The notes beneath the pieces are model-generated. The model saw nothing but the letters and a program-made list of their open reading frames with translations, had not been told where the DNA came from and did not search any database. Shown here piece after piece: positions 37,671-50,049 of a stretch of 64,000 nucleotides of DNA. A program made the translations under genes and the position numbers. The stretch's first letter is position 1; each line of letters starts with the position of its first letter. This DNA comes from Mobula hypostoma (lineage: Eukaryota), in assembly GCF_963921235.1 (NCBI RefSeq), contig NC_086108.1, positions 88,166,001 through 88,230,000 on the forward strand, read 5' to 3'.

Positions 37671-38017
37671 TGTACATGTCATTGCCCACCACCACGAGGA
37701 CCGCTGGATCATGCTGTGTACTGAGTTCTTGTCGCATTGATGTCTGAAGTAATGCATAGCTGCCTGATATCTCCATTATCACTACCAAGACACCGTGGAA
37801 TGAGTACCTCAATAGTAAACATTGGGGAAAGCTACTTTTATTATTTGCCTTAACATATCCTGTGGACCCTGGAAAGTTTGAACAGTTTGTAGTGAGCTCT
37901 GAAGTTGGACAGATAGGTCTACCATTTATTGAGAATATACTTGACAAAATAGCACAGTGTGCTCCTGGTTTGAATGCTATTACCTCTTACAATGTGAAAC
38001 CAATAACATATGTGACA

Positions 38018-38209
38018 CACATCAAAGTTGCTGGTGAACGCAGCAGGCCAGGCAGCATCTCTAGGAAGAGGTACAGTCGACCTTTCGGGCCGAGTCCCAT
38101 CCAGTAGCATTTACATCCTCTTCCTAGAGATGCTGCCTGGCCTGCTGCGTTCACCAGCAACTTTGATGTGTGTTGCTTGAATTCTCAGCATCTGCAGATT
38201 TCCTCGTGT
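38018..38209. mobile_element. 192-bp Penelope mini-palindrome with 14-bp TSD
   Basis: Apparently perfect ~56-bp inverted repeat (38016-38071 / 38117-38172). TSD TAACATATGTGACA at 38004-38017 / 38210-38223. Confidence 0.9.
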
Positions 38210-38870
38210 TAACATATGTGACAACAAGGTTTCTCTCCCGGATGAGCCCAATGCCTTTTATATTCACTTTGACTGTCAAAACATGGAGGCACGAATTCCC
38301 ACCACCGACCCTGCGACTTCAGGCTCTGAGGCTGACATGAGAGTATCCTTCAGGAGGGTGAACCTGTGGAAAGCATTTGGCACAGATGGGGTGCCTGGTC
38401 GAGTACTAAAGACCTGTGCTGATCAACTGGCTGGACTGTTCACTGAGGCAGCCTGAGGCACCCACCTGCTTCAAGCAGGCTTTAGTTATACCAGCACCGA
38501 AGAAGAACGCGGTAACCTGCCCCAATGACTGTTGTCCAGTAGCACTTACATCCACAGTGATGAAATTCTTTGAGGGATTGGTGATGAAGCGTATCAACTC
38601 GCGCCTGAGGAGTGACTTGGATCCGCTCCAATTTGCCTGCTGTGACAACAGGTCAACAGCAGATGCCATTTCGTTGGCTCTTTACCTAACTCTAGAAGAT
38701 CTGGATAGTGAGGGTGCACACATCGGGGTGCTCTTCTTTGACAACAGCTCTGCATTCAGCTTTACCCATCCCCTCAAAACTAATCAATAAGCTCCAAGAA
38801 TTAGGCCTTAATACGCTCTTGTGCAAATGGATTCTCTATTTCCTCTTTTGCAGACTCCGGTCTGTTCAAA

Positions 38871-39425
38871 CAATTCTGTTGGACAATTCTGATTTGATGG
38901 AGACGGATGTGAAAGCACAGAGGAACATCTGGAGAAATTTCTGAAACGCTCGTTCGCTGCTGTCGTTACTGCACAGTCAGGAATCTTCCGCAGGGAAGGC
39001 CTCAAAATCCCTGGCTTTGCCTGCTGTTGGTGACCGAGATTGAGGTCGAATCGTTCGGACGGCGATGGCGCTCAGTACTCAGTGTCGGAGAGCTGATTCC
39101 GAGGCTCGAAGTTTTCGGATGACTCAGAGTCGGATTGTGGTCGGGCATGCCAGGGAGAGTTTTTCTTCCTTCTCCCGTCTGCGTGAGATGTGGAACACTT
39201 AAGAAACTTTGAACTTTTTACTGTGCTCATGGACTTCTTCATCAAGTTATGGTATTGTTGCACTGTTGTAACTATATGTTATAAATATGTGGTTTTGTCA
39301 GTTTTTTCAGTCTTGGTCTGTCCTGTGTTTTGTGATATCACACCGGAGGAAATATTGTATCACTTCTTAATGCATGCGTTAGTAAATGACAATAAAAGAG
39401 GACTGCGTGACTTCATAATCTAAAA
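38871..39425 (+). mobile_element. Family X non-autonomous element (copy 2, 5'-truncated)
   Basis: Homologous to 10375-11055. Ends aataaaagaggactgcgtgacttcataatc. Confidence 0.75.
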
Positions 39426-41065
39426 AAATTGGCAGTAACATTTCCTCCACAATCACCATCAGCACGGGTGCACTACAAGGCTGTGTGCTTAGCCCTCTGC
39501 TCTTCTCACTTGATACTTATGACTGCGAAGTCTAGTACAGCTCCAATGACACCGTTGTTGTTGGTTAAATCAAAGGCGATGCCTTCAGCAAGGAGGTGTG
39601 TCATTGCAGTGCATCTTGTAGGTAGTACACGCTGCTGCAAGTGTTCATTGATGGTGGAGGGATTGGATGCTCGTGGAAGGGGTAGCAATCAAGTGGGCTG
39701 CCTTGTACTGGATGGTGTCAAGCTTTTTAGTGTTGATGGAGCTGCGCCCATCCAGGCGTGTGGCGAGTATTCCATCACACTCCTGATCTGAGCCTTAGGA
39801 TGACTTGTTCAGAAAGTGACTCTGGGCTGTTCATAAGGTGATTGATGGGAAACAATAAAATAGTGGTGAAGTTAGTGGGTGGGGGTTAGTGGGTGTTGAT
39901 CAGCCTTATTCCTCCGGGAAAGTAACTGTTTTTGAGTCTGAGGGTCCTAATGTGATTGCTATGTAGCCTCCTCCCTGATGGGAGTGGGGCAAACAGCCCA
40001 TGAGCAGGGTGTGTGAGATCCTTCATGATGTTATGGCACCTTTCTGCCAATTTTTGCCATTGGAACCTCAGTAACAGGAACCTGATGCACTTCAAGAGAA
40101 CGTGAGATTCTCTTGTTTCAGACAAGAAATACCTGCATCAGCAAACAGAGAAAAAAATCTCTGAAAGTCTTGAAATATTAATGAAACTGAAGTGTCACAT
40201 ATACAGTCGATGAATGGCAGTTAAGGTCACGGTGCATTTGCAGGTGTATATGAAGAAAATTCCCTCTCTGTTCCTATAATGGAACCATAAATCCTTTTAC
40301 AATGAAAAGTTTACTACTTCCTGATCCACATGGATTTTTCAGAATACCCAACACATTCCAAGCCAGCAATTGGCCTGGTTTAGTTTAGCGTGCATTAAAA
40401 GTGTTGGTATTGTTTAAAGTTAAGAGGCATTAATGTTGGTGCCTTGACGGGTCCTAGCCATGTAATTGTTGCTTGGAGACTGTTTAAGCCATATCAAGGA
40501 GATTTGGAAAAAGAGGTAGGAATCTTCATTCAGGGTATTTTCTATATTGGCATCAAATGCAAATCATCATATATTAAATATAAAACTGGCATTGAAATAA
40601 TGTCCCAAGGTACCTCACAATGGGTTAAAGCTGAAGCTTTGTTTGGTCTCTACAGTTTCCTCATGCTCCAGACTCTTTGGATCTCAGCCCAAAATGTTGA
40701 CTGCTGTCCTGTAGTTCCACACCACTATACTATCTTCGTTTACACGACTGAACTAGGAGAGCCCAACTTGTCCCTATTGCATTTGCAGGCATTGCAGACA
40801 CAGAACAATCAGTCAATAGCACTACGGCTTTTGGTTTCCAACCTGCCATTAAATGTGTCGGCTCTTTAGGCATGCATGTGGGGTAAGACTAAATGAAATA
40901 CAAATATAATCACAAACATGAGAAAATCTGCAGATGCTGGAAGTCCTGATGAAATGCCTTGGCCCAAAGCATTGGCTGTTTTTATTTCCATAGATACTGC
41001 CTGACTTGCTGAGTTCCTCCCGCATTGTGTGTGTTTTACAAAAATAACAAGCTAGAACTCTCATG

Positions 41066-43138
41066 ATAAGACCATATGACCATGAGGCATAGGAGCTGAA
41101 TTAGGCCATTTGGCCCATCAGGTCTGCCCTGCCATTCAATCAAGACTGATCTTTTTTTCTCCTACTCAGCCCCACTCCCCGGCCTTCTCCCTATAACCTT
41201 TGATGTCATGTCCAATCAAGAACCAATCAAATACACTCAATGATCTGGCCTTCACAGCTGCCTGTGGTAACAAATTTCACAAAGTCACCATCCTCTGGCA
41301 AAAGAAATTTCAGAATCAGAATCAGAATCATGTTTATTATCACCGGCATGTTACGTGAAATTTTTTAACTTAGCAGCAGCAGTTCAATGCAATACATAAT
41401 CTAGCAGAGAAAAACTAATAATAAAAAATAAATTAAAACATAATAATAATAAACAGGTAAATCAATTACGTAAATTGAATAGATTTTTAAAAAACGCTCA
41501 AAAACAGAAATACTCTATATTAAAAAAAAAGTGAAGTAGTGTCCAAAGCTTCAATGTCCATTTAGGAATCAGGTGGCAGAGGGGAAGAAGTTGTTCCTGA
41601 ATCGCTGAGTGTGTGCCTTCAGGTTTCTGTACCTCCTACCTGATGGTAACAGTGAGAAAAGGGCTTCCCTGGATGCTGGAGGTCCTTAATTATGGATACT
41701 GCCTTTCTGAGACACCGCTCCCTAAAGATGTCCTGGATACTTTGTAGGCTAGTGTCCAAGATGGAATTGACTAGATTTACAACCTTCTGCAGCTTCTTTT
41801 GGTCCTGTGCAGTAGCCTCTCCATACCAGACAGTGATGCAGCCTGTCAGAATGCTCTACACGGTACAACTATAGAAGTTTTTGAGTGTATTTGTTGACAT
41901 GTCAAATCTCTTCAAACTCCTAATAAAGCATAGCCACCGTCTTGCCTTCTTTATAACTACATCGATATGTTGGGACCAGGTTAGATCCTCAGAGATTTTG
42001 ATACCCAGAAACTTGAAGCTGCTCACTCTCTCCATTTCTGATCCCCCTATGAGGATTGGTATGTGTTCCTTCATCTTACCCTTCCTGAAGTCCATAATCA
42101 GTTCTTTCATCTTACTGACATTGAATGCCAGGTTGTTGCTGTGGCACCATTCCAATAGTTGGCATATCTCAGTCCTGTACGCCCTTTCTTCACCACCTGA
42201 GATTCTGCCAACAATGGTTGTATTGTCAGCAAATTTATAGATGGTATTTGAGTTATGCCTAGCCACATAATCATGTGTATATAGAGAGTAGAGCAGTGGG
42301 CTAAGCACACACCCTTGAGATGCGCCAGTGTTGATCGTCAGTGAGGAGGAGATGTTATCACCGATCTGCACAGACTGTGGTGTTTTGCACAAGGCCTCCC
42401 AAGTCCCTTCGTATTTCAGATTTTTGGATTTGCTCCCCATTTAGTAAATAGCCTACACATTTATTTCTTCTACCAAAGGGCATGACTGTGCATTCTCCAA
42501 CATTGTATTTCATTTGCCATTTTCTTGCCCATTCTCCTAATTTCTCTCCATCTCTGTTTTAAATATCCTTGATTCCTCCACCATGGGAAACATCCTTTCC
42601 ACATCTACTCTGACTAAGTCTTTCAACATTCAAAAGGTTTCAATGAGATCCCCATTCATCCTTCTGAATTCCAGCGAGTACAGACCCAGAGCCATCAAAT
42701 GTTCCTCGTATTATAACCCTTTCATTCCTGGAGTCATCCTTGTGAGTCTCCTCTGGACCCTCTCCAATGCCAGCACATCTTTTCTGAGATGAGGAGCCCA
42801 CAACTATTCACAATACTCGAGGTCAGGCTTCACCAGTGCCTTATAAAGCCTCAGCATCACATCCCTGCTCTTGTATTCCAGACCTTTTGAGATGAATGCT
42901 AACATTGCATTTGCCTTCCTCACCACTGACTCTACCTGCAAGATAACCTTTAGGTTGTTCTGCACAAGGACTCCCAAGTCCTTCTGTGGCCTACCTGCTT
43001 TCTCAACACTACCTGCCCCTCCACCATTCTTCAAAACATCTGTAAAATTGGAAATAAAGCCATCTATTCCATCATCTCTATCATTGATATACAGCATAAA
43101 AAGAAGCGGTCCCAACACCGACCCCTGTGGAACACTGG
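41066..43138 (-). mobile_element. CR1-type LINE fragment split by Rex1
   Basis: 3' tail at ~41066. VPQGSVLGPLLF and KANAMLAFIS at 42804-43138. Confidence 0.8.
41311..42381 (-). mobile_element. Rex1/Babar-type LINE, same subfamily as 22519-24467
   Basis: ORF 41856-42440 is highly similar to 23176-24216. Tail reads (CAGAAT)n on +. AATTT is duplicated at 41306-41310 / 42539-42543. Confidence 0.88.
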
Positions 43139-44129
43139 GGAAGACTACTTGCACTTTTTCGTCCAAAAGACTGAAATGCAAATCAGATACATTATTGCAA
43201 TAGTGTAAGCAAGTAAATGATAAATTAGAAGTGCTACCAGTTTCTTAACTTTCATATCATATTTGCTCTAGATGTAAAAGGAAGTTATGCAGCCCGATAA
43301 ACCTTTGCAAGCTCTCAGAGTAATTCTACTCTCCCACTTATTTTCAGCTAACCTATTCTCCTTCACATGCTGTATTCTTTATCCACCTACAGGGAACATC
43401 TCCAGGAGCCAATTCCCTACCAGCCAGCGCATCATTTGGACACTGGATGAACTGGAGAGCCGGGGGAAAACCAGTCATTACTGGGAGGCACATGTGGATT
43501 TCACACAGAGATTCCTGGAGTTTAGGATCAAAGCTGGGACACTGGAAATGTGTGACAGCTCCATAATCTGCTGAACCATTTTACCACCACTTAATAACTT
43601 AAGCAAAGCTTTATGGAGCATTTTACTCCTGCTACACAAGTGAGGAACATCAAAGCAGATTTTCAACAATCATATCAGTGGAGTTATTTACTAAAATGTT
43701 AGAATAGGCTGTAAAGTTCAAGTTAATGAGAGCTTTGATATTTTTATGCATTTTTTCCAGTTACCCTCATGGTTACATTTTTCCTTTGTGCCCTGAATTG
43801 AGTTTCCATTAAAACCAGAAAATGATTCATGTTTGTAAAATGTTATGAAGCACTTTCGAGAAATGTAAATTGGCAATATGTAAAGCTAAGGCTCTCTCAT
43901 TTCTCTGTCAGTGGAATTATTTGCATCAAGCAGATTCGTATAACTTCCAGAAAGGAAGTGCCCCCATAAAGACACAGAGTTGTAGAGCACGACAGCACAG
44001 AAGCAGGCTCTTTGCCCCACCTAGTCTGTGTGAAACTGTTATTCTGCCTAGTCCTGTTGATGAAGGCTGCCATGCTGCCTAACCTATGCTACAGTGCTAC
44101 TGAACATGCACACACTTCAAGGCAGGGTG

Positions 44130-45555
44130 AATTGAATTGAATTGACCTTATATCTTACATCCATCACATACATGAGGAGTAAAAATCTTTATGTTATGTC
44201 ACCATCTAAGTGTGCAATATGCAATCATAGTAATTTATTATAAACAGAACAGTCAATGTGTCATAGAATACACTCAAATCAGCGTGAGTTCATCAGTCTG
44301 ATGGCCTGGTGGAAGAAGCTGTCCTGGAGCCTGTTGGTCCTGGCTTTTATGCTGCGGTATTGCTTCCTGGATGGTAGTAGCTGGAATAGATTGTGGTTGG
44401 GATGGCTTGGGTCCCCAATGATGCTACATTTTTACACACCTGTCCATGTAAATGTCCTGAATCATGAGAAGTTCATAACTACAGATGCGGACATCACTCT
44501 CTGCAGAGTCCTGCGATTAAGGGAGGTACAGTTCTCATACCAGGCAGTGATGCAGCCAGTCAGGATGCTCTCAATTGTGCCCCTGTAGAAGGTTCTTAGG
44601 ATCTGGGGCCCCAACCGTCTGAGGTGAAAGAGGCGCTGTTGTGCCTTTTTCACCACACAGCAAGTGTTCACAGTCTACGTGAAGTCCTCGGTGATGTGGA
44701 TGCCAAGGAACTTGAAGCTGTTTACCCTCTCAACCCCAGATCCATTGATGTCGATAGGAGTTAACCTGTTTCCATTCCTCCTGTAATCTACAATCCACAA
44801 TCCTTTGTTTTTGCGACATTGAGGGAGAGGTTGTTTTCTTGACACCACTGTGTCAGAGAGATGACTTCTTCCCTATAGACCATCTTGTTATTGTTTGAGA
44901 TAAGGCCAATCAATGTAGTGTTGTCGGCAAATTTAATTAGCAGATTGGAGCTGTGCGTGGCGATACAGTCATGGGTATACAGGGAGTAAAGGCGGGGACT
45001 CAGTACACAGCCCTGAGGAGCTCCTGTATTGAGAGTCAGAGAGGTGGAGGTGAGGGAGTCCACTCTTACAACCTGCTGGTGATCTGACAGGAAGTCCAGG
45101 ATCCAGCTGCACAAGACAGGGTCAAGGCCAAGGTCTCTGAGATTCTTGCTGAGCCTGGATGGAACTATGGTGTTAACTGCTGAATTGTGGTCCAAGAACA
45201 TTCTCACATAAGCATCCTTCTTCTCCAGATGTGTAAGGATGGTCTGTAGAGCAGCGGCTATTGCGTCATCTGTCGATCGATTGTGTCGGTAGGTGACTTG
45301 TAGGGGGTCGAGTTTGTGTGGTAGCAAGCTGCAGATGTAATCTTTGACCAGCCTCTCAAAGCATTTGCTTATTACTGAGGTGAGTGCAACAGGACGCCAG
45401 CCATTCAGACATGTTATCTTGGTCTTTTTTGGTACAGGGACAATGGTGGATAATTTGAAGTAGGAGGGCACTCTACGCTGGGAGAAGGAGAGATTAATAA
45501 TGTCTGTAAACACACCTGCCCGTTGTGCTGTGCATATCCTAAGTACTCGTCATGG
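44130..45555 (-). mobile_element. Rex1/Babar-type LINE fragment (different subfamily)
   Basis: ORF 44788-45513 (WRPVALTS, GAPQGCVLSP, IKFAD) and an (AATTG)n tail. Confidence 0.85.
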
Positions 45556-47521
45556 GATGGGGTAGTAACTGCAGAATACATTCTGGCAGTGATGCAATTG
45601 AAGCCATAGGATCATACAGCCATAGAAAGATACAGCAAGAAAACAGGCCTCCTAGGCTCCTTGACTCCACACTCACCATCCATCACCCATTTACATTAAT
45701 CCCAGCATTCCCTCCCAAAAGGCATTGTGGGTATTCCTATGCATCAAGGACTACAATGGTTCATGAAGGCAGCTCGCCACAATCTTCTCAGGAGCAATTT
45801 AGAAAGGGCAATTGAATACTAGCTCTGTCTGTGGAGCCCATCTCTCTTGATTATTTTTTAAATTATTACTAATTTATTCAAGGAATATGGGCTTTGCAGT
45901 CTGAGGCAGCATTTAAGTTTCCCATCCCTAGTTGCCCTTGGGAAGGTAGTGGTGAAGTACCTTTTTGAACCGCTGTAGTCCTTGAGGTGTGGGTCTGCCG
46001 CAATGCTGTTAGGGAGCATGTTGAGCCAGTGACGGTGAAGGAACAATGTTACGGTTCCTGGTCAGAATGGTGTGTATCTTCCAGATAATGCTATAGCTGT
46101 CCTTGTCCTTCTGACTGGTAGAGTGTGTGGGGATGGAACCTGCTGTCTAAAAGCCTTGGCGAGTTTCTGTATTGCATTTTGTAGATGGTACAACTTGCAG
46201 CTCCTCTGAATCAATGATGGAGTTAGTAACTAGGTGTGGATGGGTTGCCTATCAAGTGAATTGCTATGTCTCGTATGGTATCAGGCTTCTTGCAAGTTGT
46301 TGAAGCTGCACTCATCTAGTCTAATGGAGAATCATTCATCACACTCCTGATTTTATCCTTTTAGATGGTAAACACGCTCTGGAGAGTTAGGAGGTGCGTT
46401 ACTCACTGCAGGACTCTGAGCCTCTGACCTGCTCTTGTATCCACATAGCATTCATGGCTACTCCAGTTCAGATTCAGGCCAATGGTAACCACCAGAATAT
46501 TAAAAGAGAGGGAGTCAGTATTGGTAATGCCATTGAACACCAGGGGTTCAAAGCTGGTTCAAAGATTCCCTCTTTTGTAATCCAGCACCACCTCATTTTC
46601 CCAATCTACCTGTATATTGAAATCCCCACGACTATCTCTCTTGTTGAATACCATCATTGACTGCTACTTGTGTAGCGCAAACATTATTTGCCACTATCAG
46701 CACAGGCCTGGATATGAGTAAAATAAAACAAAAGGCAATTTATAGTGACCACCTTTAACCTACTAACCTGCACACCTTTGGGATGTGAGAGGAAACCCTT
46801 ACATTCATGAGGAAAACAACCCTGCTCTACACAGACAACCCCCACGGTCAGAGACCGTGCTATGGTGAAACAGTGCCTCCACAAAGTGTTCCCCTCTGTT
46901 GTCTACTTACCATGCCACTATGCTGCCCAGGTCAAGACTGAACACGCAAGACTGTTCAGTGACAGACTATTCTTTAGTTAATTTCATTGTGACTATGTTT
47001 GATGGTTCTTTGCGTAATGTCATGCTGACTCATAGTTTTTTTCCTGAACCATGTAAATTGGAAGCTCCTGATGCAGTCAGGGGTTCGTGAAATAACTTGC
47101 GCAAGGATAATTGATTCAAAATGAATGAGTTTTCTTTTAACTCAGTTTTGCAGTTGGTATAAACATGATTCGAAAAAGAGTATGGTTACATTGATGACAT
47201 AGGCTGTGGTCAGCCATAAAGAGGACCTGCACCATGGAAAACTAGAGATGCTCAATAAGTGCTGGGCTTGTCCCATGAAAACTTATTTGCAAAACAATTA
47301 ACTTATTTAAGAAACTGTCTACCAAAAATTCAACCGAAGTGTAAAATGTTAAAGGAGCAATATATTAGTAATGCCATTGATGCAACCCTCTTTAGTAGGT
47401 TAGATAAGGATTCTTTAACTAGAAACACTAAATGTTTCCATTTGCTTAAATTCTGCCTGACTAGCTGAGGGGTTCCAGCAACTTCTGTTTTTATATTAGA
47501 CTTCCAGTATTCAGGGTTTTT

Positions 47522-48015
47522 TTCTAAATTATTTTTTATTCAATTTTCAAATTTAATTACATAGAATAATATCTACCCTCCCCCTTCCCCCTGTAACATA
47601 CCCCTACCTAAAAAAAAAGGAAAACAGAAGAAAGAAAGAAAGACTGCCTGGATATTGGAAGGTCTCCACATGCTCCATGGAATTCAAAATAAATTTAATA
47701 TATGTATTTGTTTCTTTCCCCAGAGGATCAACATCTTTATCATCGGAGCACCTATATATACAATCCTATCTTTTGTAAATAAGGGCGCCAAATATTCAAA
47801 AGTGTATCATATTTATTCCTTAAATTATAAGTAATTTTTTCAAGTGGAATACAGCTAAAGATTTCATTATTCCAATGATCCATACTTAAATACGAATCCG
47901 ATTTCCAAGTATTTGGCTTTTTGGCTATGGCCAATGCAATTTTTATAAATTCTTTCTGATATTTATTCAATTTAAGTTTTGGTTTTATTCCTTCAATGTC
48001 ACCTAATAAAAATAA
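47522..48015 (-). mobile_element. L1-clade 3' fragment
   Basis: IALAIAKK...WK...IPLEKITY...IWRPYL. Near-TSD TATTCAG(G)GTTTTT at 47508-47521 / 48016-48028. Confidence 0.75.
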
Positions 48016-48777
48016 TATTCAGGTTTTTGATTTTCATTATTAGTGCTTCTGTGACTTCTTGAATGCAGTTGATGGCAAGATTCTTTTGCATTCTTTTTTG
48101 GAATCCAGGTGGATTCTGTGACAAGGAAACTCAATCTTTAGAGATATACTTAATGCAGCAACAAAACAAAGAACACTGACTTAGATTGCTGTTGAAATCA
48201 TATTCACCTTGAATTACTTTATACTTTCTTCAGCAGGGAGCAGTCAATTTTTTTTTCTCCTAATCATATGTGGGATGTGGGGGTAAGACTGACACTTGTT
48301 TTAAAATGAAATTAGCTTTATTTTTCACACGGACATTGAAACAATGAAACGTACAGTGAAATGTATTGTTTCGCATCAATGACCAACACAGACCGAGGAT
48401 GTGCTGGGGGCAGCCCACGAGTGCTGCCACACTTCCAGTGCCAACATCTTAAGTGCCCAACTTACTAACTCGTAATAGGCCCTTGGAGCCACCTTGCAGA
48501 CCTGATGCAGTCCTGGGGGAACGGATATTCCCAGAACTTTGCTGGTTAAGGTATTCCAGGACTTTGACCCCAGTGACAATGAAGACACGTTGATGTACAG
48601 TATTCCAAATCCATATGGTGTGTAACACTGAGAGGAACTGGTAGGGCAATAGTGTTCCTTGTGCCTGCTTCATTTCTCCTTCTAGGTGGCAGGTTGAGAG
48701 ATGCCATTGATGAAACCTTGTTGAATTGCTCCAACACTTATTGTAGATGGGTATCACAGCAAGTCTGTGGCCTATAT

Positions 48778-49427
48778 GATTATGATTATGATTATGAGGA
48801 CACGCAGTCTCCTTTTATTGTCATTTAGTAATGCATGCATTAAGAAATGATAAAAATGTTTTTCCAGAATGATATCACGAAAACACATGACAAACCGACT
48901 TAAAAACTAACAAAAACCACCTAATTATAACATATAGTTACAACAGGTCAAAGCAATACCGTAATTTGATAAGAACAGACCATGGCACAGTAAAAGTCTC
49001 AAAGTCTCTCGAAAGTCCCATCATCTCACGCAGACGGTAAACCTCCAGCACCGCAAACTTGCCGATGCAGCATCCCGGAAGCATCCAACCACAGTCCGAC
49101 TCTGAGTCCATCCGAAAAACTCCGAGCCTTTGACCGCCTATTCGACATCGGGCACCGAGCACCATCTCTGCCGAGTGTTTCCACCCCGGCCCCGGCAACA
49201 GGCGATATGCAAAGCTGAGGATTTAGGGCCTTTTGTCTCCGGAGATTCTCCATCGCACAGTAGCAGCGGCAGTGAAGCAGGCATTTCAGAAGTTTCTCCA
49301 GGTGTTCCTCTGCGCTTCACGGCTGTCCCCATCAAATCTGGATTGTACACGGCACCCCTAGTTACACATATTGATATTCATTCGGAACGGCCATGTGCAT
49401 TGTGTCGCGTCGCCATCTTTCCTCCCT
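48778..49427 (-). mobile_element. Family X non-autonomous element (copy 3, apparently full length)
   Basis: Minus strand starts ggaggaaagatggcgacgcgac and has an (ATAATC)n tail. TSD CCTATAT at 48771-48777 / 49428-49434. Confidence 0.82.
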
Positions 49428-50049
49428 CCTATATAGTTGATGAATTGAATGATTTAGTGGGTCACTAATCCACTAATTCTGCCTTTCCCTCAGAGATATC
49501 AACCTACTCAAGATTTTATCAGGACTAGGAACATCCAGTTAGATGGAGGATTTTCAATCAGACCTACAAAACCTTCTGGATTTTGGAAGGTTTTGGGGGA
49601 GTCAGGTGGTGAGTCACTAGGCATAGAATACCCAGTCTTTAATTGCTCTCGTACCCACTATATTAACGTGGTTGGTCTTGTTCATTTTCTCTAGTTAACC
49701 TCAGGATGCTGATATTAGGAATTTGAAAGGGAGCTGGCTATGCATTCACTTTTTGAAGACAGACACTTGTCTGGTATTATAATTATATGCTAATTCCCAG
49801 CCTGAGTTCAAAAGTTGCCCAAGTTTTACTGTTTACAAAATGGATGGATTCTCTATTTGAGGAGCTTTAAGTGGGCTGACATGCTATGTAATGGACATCA
49901 ATCATCTAATTAAAACAATTTGATGGATTTTTGACCAAGTAGCTGAAGACATTTGATCAGATATAAGGATGTCCTAGGTTTGAAATGTGTGGCACCCATT
50001 CACAATAATCATTTTCTTCTGCACCAAATATGTTCCATCTAGAACAGAA

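Larger units (their letters stand above)
37960..39570 (+). mobile_element. Rex1/Babar-type fragment carrying two nested insertions
   Basis: PTCFKQALVIPAPKK...[11 protein letters not shown]...LDPLQFA...RSTADAISLAL. It resumes at ~39426. Confidence 0.8.
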
